Part shown: piece by piece, positions 58,858-64,000 of the stretch
How the letters are laid out: each line of letters opens with the position of its first letter
How positions within the stretch are numbered: position 1 is the stretch's first letter
Assembly (NCBI GenBank): GCA_041946805.1
Contig: JBHGBC010000012.1
Location: 1 to 64,000, forward strand
Direction of reading: 5' to 3'
DNA: 64,000 nt
Source of the DNA: a bacterium
GTDB taxonomy: Bacteria; Hinthialibacterota; Hinthialibacteria; Hinthialibacterales; Hinthialibacteraceae
The notes under the pieces: model-generated
Told to the model about the DNA's origin: nothing
Database searches by the model: none
Seen by the model: only the letters and a program-made list of their open reading frames with translations
Translations under genes and position numbers: made by a program

Positions 58858-61833
58858 ATGATCATGCGCACTTTTACACTGATTTTCACCCTATTGTGTT
58901 GGATGCCACCGGCCGGCGCCCTGGCCGCGTCCCTCAATCCCTACGATCATCTGATTCCCGCGGACGCCATTTTCTACCTCGGATACGATAACGCCAAACA
59001 ACCGCCGGTCTCCTTTCCCAATTATGATCAAGCCTGGAACAACTGGTTCGACACCATGGACGACATTCTGGAATGGCGGGTGATCCAAAGCGAATGGCAA
59101 GCCATGAAGCAAAAGGCTGGAATCGACAATCTCGGGTCCCTCTTCGCCGGCAACGCCTGGTGCCTGGCGGGATATCCCCTGGCCGAAGGCATCAACCTCC
59201 CGGTCTCCGGCCTCTTTGTTTCCACCGTTAATGATCCCGCCCAAACGGACCGAGTTCTCTCGTCCCTGTTCGAACAAGCCTGCGGTTTGATCCCTTTTCT
59301 GCAAAACACCAAGGATGAATACCACGGCTACATCATCAACACCCTTTACGGTCCGATGCTCATTCCGGGACTGAGCCTTTCCTACACGTTTCAGGATTCG
59401 CAAATCTTCATCACCAACAACAAGTCCTTGCTTCTCAATACGTTGGATCATCTGGACTATGACGAAGACCACTTGGCCGACGCGCCCCTGTATCAAAAAG
59501 CCGTCTCCCAGCTGCCGCCGGACCGCGCCCGGACCTTTTTTATCAACACCAACCTGATCGCCCAGTCCAGCGACGTGTTGTTGAAAAACCTGCAAGCGGT
59601 CAAGCAGTTGAGCGGTTCGAAGGACTTGGACAACGTTTTACCCATCCTCCAGCAGGTTTTTTCCATTCTGGGCGCGTTCGAGTCCTACGCGTCCGCCCGG
59701 ATCACCCCGCCGGACGGCAAGGAGATCACCACGGCGTACCTGAATTTAAATATGCAACTGGAGAACCCGGCCCTCCGGTCCTTGTTCACCCGCCCGGCAG
59801 TTCCTTTCGCCTTCGAAGGGTATCTGCCCCGCAATACCGGATCCGTCACCTCGACGAATATATTGGGACCAAATGATATTTGGATGCTGGCTCAAATGCT
59901 GCTTTCGCAATTTCCGGATGGAACCAACCTGCTGGCCCAGCTGCGCGGATGGGAGGACCAAACGGGTATCTCCATTGAAAAGGATTACCTGTCCTGGATG
60001 GGAGACGAGTGGTGTTTTGCCAAAATGGTCATGGATCTGGACGCCCTGGTGCCGATGAACGAGGCCGCGCTTCTGATCCGCGTGAAGGACACCGAAAAAG
60101 CCGCGCAGGCCTTGAAGAAAACCCTCCAAATCCTGCAAGACCTTAACCTGCCAGTGCTGATCGAGACCGAAACCTACCGGGAAGGCGAGATCTCGACCTT
60201 TTCACTCCCCATGCTGATCTCGCCGGGATGGTGCCTCCACGAGAACACGTTGATCATCGCCAGCCACGCGTCCCTCATCCGGCGGATGTTGGACGTCAAG
60301 GCGGGGGAACAGCGGGGCGTGGTCCGCAACCGGTATTATCAACAATTGCAGGAATTCACCCGTCAGGAAGCCAACAAATATACCTTCCAGGACAATGAAT
60401 CCGAGTTTTACGTGTACCGGGAAGCCATCCGCCGGGTTGGATCGATTCCCGAATTCGGCGCGGCCCTGGCCGGCGGCGCTTCCAACATTCCGACTTTCCT
60501 CATGGACCGCGCCGCGTATCTCATGTCCTGCTTCCAGGTCCTGAAGGCCACGGTCAAGCAATCCACCGTCACCGAAAACCAGGTAGTTTCGCGCCGCGTG
60601 CGATTGCTGCAGGATTTGCGCATCGTTCCCCCGGCCGACACCATTTTGCGTTACAAGCTGTCCTTCGGCGCAAATTCCCTGATCGCCGATTGGGCCGCCG
60701 AATGCCGGAAAAAGGGCGACACGGAGCGGGCGGCGCGCCTATATGCGCTGCTGGCGGAATTCTTCCCCCGGGAGGGCGGCTATCTCACCAGCCTGGCCGG
60801 TTTGTACAAAAGCGCGGGCCGGCTCGACGAGGCGTTGGCAGTCTATGACCGCGCCCTGGCCGAAATGCCGGAAACCGCGTTTGTCATCGGCCGGGAAGCC
60901 CTTATCGACGACCGGGACGTCAACGGCATTCTGCAACGCCTGAACTCGTATGCCTCCCAATCCGGACGGATCCGCAAGGACGCGGCGCTCTTTGGCATCG
61001 CCCTGGCCAAGCGCGCCGGTCAGGATACCCAAACCGCCGAAAGCCTGTGGGATGCGCTGAACACCCAGGTTGGCCCTTCCAGCCCCTTTGTCCAGGCCGC
61101 CCAGGCGGAACGAGCCCTCTCGCAAGGCCAGTCCCCCAGCCGCCTGCTTGAAATCCCGGTCACGGATACCGCGCCGGTCATCGATGGAAGCCGCGACGAG
61201 CTCTGGGACAACGCCGTGGAAGTCAACCTGACATCTTCCAACGGAACTGAAACCACTCCCGTCCCGGTCCGGCTCCGGCGCGACGCCTCTTCGTTGTATC
61301 TCTTGTGGAAAGAGGATAATCCAACGGAAAATTCAGCGGATACCCGCCTTCGGATTCTGCTTGGTCCCGCGCGCGATTACGTCCATTTTTACGAAATCGG
61401 CGTGCGGCCCGCGGAGGATGGTGCGCTGGACGTGGCCCCGAGTCAATTGGTGCTGGATCCCTACGGCATGACGCTCAAGCATGAATCCCCCAAGCCGTTC
61501 CAACCGATCTTTGACGAAAACGCGCCGGAATGGCTGAGAATGATCCAAGATGCCCTGATGAGCCAGACAGAGGAATCCGAAACCGGATCGGCCGCCGAGC
61601 TCTACGGAACTCAAGCCCAACGTACCGCGGCGGACAGCGAGGAAACGGAAGGCTATTGGGAAATCAAAGTGCCGCTTGCGGAATTGAAAGCGGAAACGGA
61701 TCCGGTCCAGACCTTGGGGCTCTGGAACCTGATACTCACCCGTTCCCGGGACGGGCGGGAAGTTCAATGGTCCTTGACGGAAACAGGGAAAAGCGAAGAT
61801 CCCTTATATTTCCCGTGGATCCGCATGAATTGA
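58858..61833 (+). CDS. Large exported protein (DUF3352-like region, TPR, CBM9/DOMON-like C-terminus)
   Basis: Signal peptide, LSWMGDE, TPR near aa 620-680, and APVIDGSRDELW..A plus WEIKVPL. Confidence 0.6.
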   Translation: MIMRTFTLIFTLLCWMPPAGALAASLNPYDHLIPADAIFYLGYDNAKQPPVSFPNYDQAWNNWFDTMDDILEWRVIQSEWQAMKQKAGIDNLGSLFAGNAWCLAGYPLAEGINLPVSGLFVSTVNDPAQTDRVLSSLFEQACGLIPFLQNTKDEYHGYIINTLYGPMLIPGLSLSYTFQDSQIFITNNKSLLLNTLDHLDYDEDHLADAPLYQKAVSQLPPDRARTFFINTNLIAQSSDVLLKNLQAVKQLSGSKDLDNVLPILQQVFSILGAFESYASARITPPDGKEITTAYLNLNMQLENPALRSLFTRPAVPFAFEGYLPRNTGSVTSTNILGPNDIWMLAQMLLSQFPDGTNLLAQLRGWEDQTGISIEKDYLSWMGDEWCFAKMVMDLDALVPMNEAALLIRVKDTEKAAQALKKTLQILQDLNLPVLIETETYREGEISTFSLPMLISPGWCLHENTLIIASHASLIRRMLDVKAGEQRGVVRNRYYQQLQEFTRQEANKYTFQDNESEFYVYREAIRRVGSIPEFGAALAGGASNIPTFLMDRAAYLMSCFQVLKATVKQSTVTENQVVSRRVRLLQDLRIVPPADTILRYKLSFGANSLIADWAAECRKKGDTERAARLYALLAEFFPREGGYLTSLAGLYKSAGRLDEALAVYDRALAEMPETAFVIGREALIDDRDVNGILQRLNSYASQSGRIRKDAALFGIALAKRAGQDTQTAESLWDALNTQVGPSSPFVQAAQAERALSQGQSPSRLLEIPVTDTAPVIDGSRDELWDNAVEVNLTSSNGTETTPVPVRLRRDASSLYLLWKEDNPTENSADTRLRILLGPARDYVHFYEIGVRPAEDGALDVAPSQLVLDPYGMTLKHESPKPFQPIFDENAPEWLRMIQDALMSQTEESETGSAAELYGTQAQRTAADSEETEGYWEIKVPLAELKAETDPVQTLGLWNLILTRSRDGREVQWSLTETGKSEDPLYFPWIRMN

Positions 61834-61974
61834 TCACCGGAAACGTATACACGGTGCCGGGGGAAAAGTCGGAGCAGGGTGCATGTCCCCTGATTCCATG
61901 TCCTTGCATCAGGGAAACCCGCCGGCCGCCCCGATATGGCAAAGCCGAGGAAATCGGCGCCGGGGAAAGGCTTT

Positions 61975-62006
61975 CCCTCACCCTGGCCCTCTCCCAGGAG
62001 GAGAGG
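61975..62006 (+). repeat. REP-like family A copy
   Basis: CCCTCACCCTGGCCCTCTCCCAGGAGGAGAGG. Confidence 0.8.
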
Positions 62007-62151
62007 AGATTGCGGGAGTCTCTCCCACCCGTCGAATCGATATCCGGTCCTGCGTACGGAAAAATATCCGCATTTATATGATGCACTATTTACATTGATC
62101 CTTAAAAAAGATAATCCGATGATGATTTGATATGCCTTGGGGATTCTCTAC

Positions 62152-62817
62152 TCAATCTTCCGGATTGCCGTTATTGCCATTGTCACGGTCATGGTTGTCC
62201 GGCATGATTTTATACACACAGGCGTTTTCACCTTTCACCATGTGCCGGACCCGCTCCACCGGGACATTCAGGACATCCTTGAAGATTTGCAATTCTTGCT
62301 GGCACAATTCGTTGTATTCCTTGGCGATCGACTGGATCGGGCAGTTGTGCTCGGTCAGCAAAAAGGCGGCCTCGTTTTCTTCCAGTTCGGCCATGTAGCC
62401 TTCCAAGTCCCTGATTTCAGCCAGCTTCTGCACGCTACCCTTCAGGTCCGATTTTTCCAGGGCGGCTTTGTAGTCGTTGACCAGTTTTTCCTTGCGGAGT
62501 TTGAAGACCTCGATGATTTTTTCGCGGCCTTGCAGGTTTTCCATCCCCTTCAGGATTTCCAGGGCCATGGGCTCGTAATTCTGGGGGAAATAGCAGTCGG
62601 ATTGAGAAGTCAACCGGAAATACAAAGCTGGACGTCCAGCCTTTTGCCGGACGAATTCCGAAGCCACCAGGCCGTCTTTTTCCATGGCGGTCAAATGCTG
62701 ACGGGCGCCCATGGGCGTTACGCCCAGAATGTCACCCACCTGCTTGGAGGTCATTCGGTTGTTTTTTTTGAGAAGCGCAAGAATCTGAAGACGGGTCGGG
62801 CGGTCATTTCGGATCAT
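62152..62817 (-). CDS. SufR-like HTH transcriptional regulator
   Basis: TRLQILALL, RQHL..MEKDGLV and GRP, with C-terminal EHNCPI...LCQQE...C. Confidence 0.8.
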   Translation of the reverse strand: MIRNDRPTRLQILALLKKNNRMTSKQVGDILGVTPMGARQHLTAMEKDGLVASEFVRQKAGRPALYFRLTSQSDCYFPQNYEPMALEILKGMENLQGREKIIEVFKLRKEKLVNDYKAALEKSDLKGSVQKLAEIRDLEGYMAELEENEAAFLLTEHNCPIQSIAKEYNELCQQELQIFKDVLNVPVERVRHMVKGENACVYKIMPDNHDRDNGNNGNPED

Positions 62818-62841
62818 TCAAGCCACTCCATGATGATGAAT

Positions 62842-62874
62842 ACAAAATCTAACCTAATAAGTTAAATTTGTCAA
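62842..62874 (-). promoter_or_regulatory. Sigma70 promoter of the SufR-like gene with an overlapping inverted repeat
   Basis: Minus strand TTGACA (62874-62869)-N17-TAGATT (62851-62846). Inverted repeat ACAAAATCTAAC-N7-GTTAAATTTGT. Confidence 0.7.
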
Positions 62875-62977
62875 TAATATACTTAGGAATAGGAATAAGT
62901 GCTTGCCTCTTCATATATACATATAATAAACCCAACGATCCGAGTGATTTAGCTGTTATATCGCTTTTTAACTAATT

Positions 62978-63006
62978 TTGATTATATCTATTTTATCAAA
63001 TAAAAT
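62978..63006 (+). promoter_or_regulatory. Candidate sigma70 promoter preceding a structured element
   Basis: TTGATT-N17-TAAAAT. Confidence 0.5.
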
Positions 63007-63010
63007 TGAG

Positions 63011-63189
63011 TGCCTTCCGGCGGGATTTTGAGGAACCCGGCGAGGAGAAGTGAATGGGGGCTTCGGAAAAGCCCTGTCAAGACTGGAAAGTGCCGATCGG
63101 CATCCGCCAATCGCGAATCCGGCAAGGATTGTATAGGGCTTTCGACAGGCAGGACAGGAAGGTTAACCGGATTTCGCCGGCGGAAGGCA
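63011..63189 (+). ncRNA. Candidate structured ncRNA with 6S-like architecture
   Basis: About 180 nt rod with paired ends, a central bubble and an inner stem. G-U pairs favour the + strand, and a promoter lies just upstream. Confidence 0.4.
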
Positions 63190-63216
63190 TGATCCCATAC
63201 ACAATAGGCAACAATG

Positions 63217-64000
63217 TCACTGTCCGCGGTTGGAGCCAGGGGGAGAAGTTGTTTCGGTCATGCGCATGTCCGGTTGTTCATCGCCACTGGCGCCGACCAC
63301 CAGGGCGATGTCCTCTTTTTCGGTGACTCTCGCGCCCGGGGAGGGGTCCTGGCTCAACACGCGGTACCACAGGGAATCATTGGAAATGCGCTTGTATTTG
63401 ATATTATCCGTACTGATGGAAAATGAGGATTCTTCCAGCCGTTTGCGGGCGGCGGAAAGATCCATGCCGATCAACGCGGGCATGACGTAACTGGCGGGCA
63501 TGGGGCCCAGGCTGACTAAGATATTGATTTTATTGCCTTGAACAATCCGGTTGCCGGGCAAGGGTTCCTGGGAGATGATGGTACCCTTGGGGTATTTCGG
63601 GTGATAGACGGACGCCCGCAGGCCGATTTCCAAGCCGGCGCTCCGCACTTCGGGGAAAATTTCCCCTTCACTGCGGCCAGTCAATTCAGGAATATACAGT
63701 TGCTCCGGTCCGATGCTGACCACCAGGCTGATGCTGCGGTGTTTTTTTACCCGTGCGCCGGGATTGGGGCGTTGCTCGATCACGATGCCCGATGGAGTAT
63801 CCTGGCTGGGATATTCTTCCACCGGCAGGTTGAGTAACAATTCATTTTGGGCCAGGATTTCCAGGCATTCCGTCTTGGTTTTGCCGTAGAGATTGGGCAC
63901 TTCCACTTCAGATCCAGAAACCAGGTAATCCAACAGGTAAAACCCCCCCACGGCCATCCCCGTGAAAAGGATCACCATAAATAAAAAGGTGAGGGCAAAA
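63217..64000 (-). CDS. PASTA domain protein, 5' end beyond the window
   Basis: TM helix followed by three PASTA repeats (VPNLYG, IPELTG, MPALIG, each with QxPxPG). Confidence 0.9.
   Translation of the reverse strand, partial: FALTFLFMVILFTGMAVGGFYLLDYLVSGSEVEVPNLYGKTKTECLEILAQNELLLNLPVEEYPSQDTPSGIVIEQRPNPGARVKKHRSISLVVSIGPEQLYIPELTGRSEGEIFPEVRSAGLEIGLRASVYHPKYPKGTIISQEPLPGNRIVQGNKINILVSLGPMPASYVMPALIGMDLSAARKRLEESSFSISTDNIKYKRISNDSLWYRVLSQDPSPGARVTEKEDIALVVGASGDEQPDMRMTETTSPPGSNRGQ

Noticed and set aside
1..64000. Prophage, IS, integron or defence system
   Set aside because: No integrase, transposase, phage structural, reverse transcriptase or defence domains were recognised.

Overview
This is a high-GC, gene-dense bacterial chromosomal window with about 53 CDS. 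I saw no rRNA, tRNA, CRISPR array or transposase. In order, it holds: a chimeric-looking fni/MFS ORF at the left edge; an orphan prepilin-like gene; bioDA; an ExbB-ExbD-TPR-VWA operon; mogA-like, APC permease and mqnC genes; a ~25 kb surface-polysaccharide locus (WcaJ-like priming transferase divergent from a wHTH regulator, a frameshifted Wzx, and a non-canonical ulosonic-acid pathway with tailoring enzymes, GTs and AsnB); a ribD-ribE-ribBA-ribH-nusB-degT operon; a tandem PurS-like gene; ABC transporters; an ECF sigma/anti-sigma module; an orphan SufR-like regulator; and a partial PASTA gene. Many intergenic gaps carry REP-like palindromes from several families. The best leads are (1) an ExbBD motor whose apparent TonB/TolA-like partner ends in a VWA/MIDAS domain, (2) a promoter-linked ~180 nt hairpin that may be a 6S-like ncRNA at 63011-63189, (3) the unusual ulosonate pathway, and (4) a poly-T frameshift in wzx. 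All calls come from reading motifs by eye; no database searches were run.
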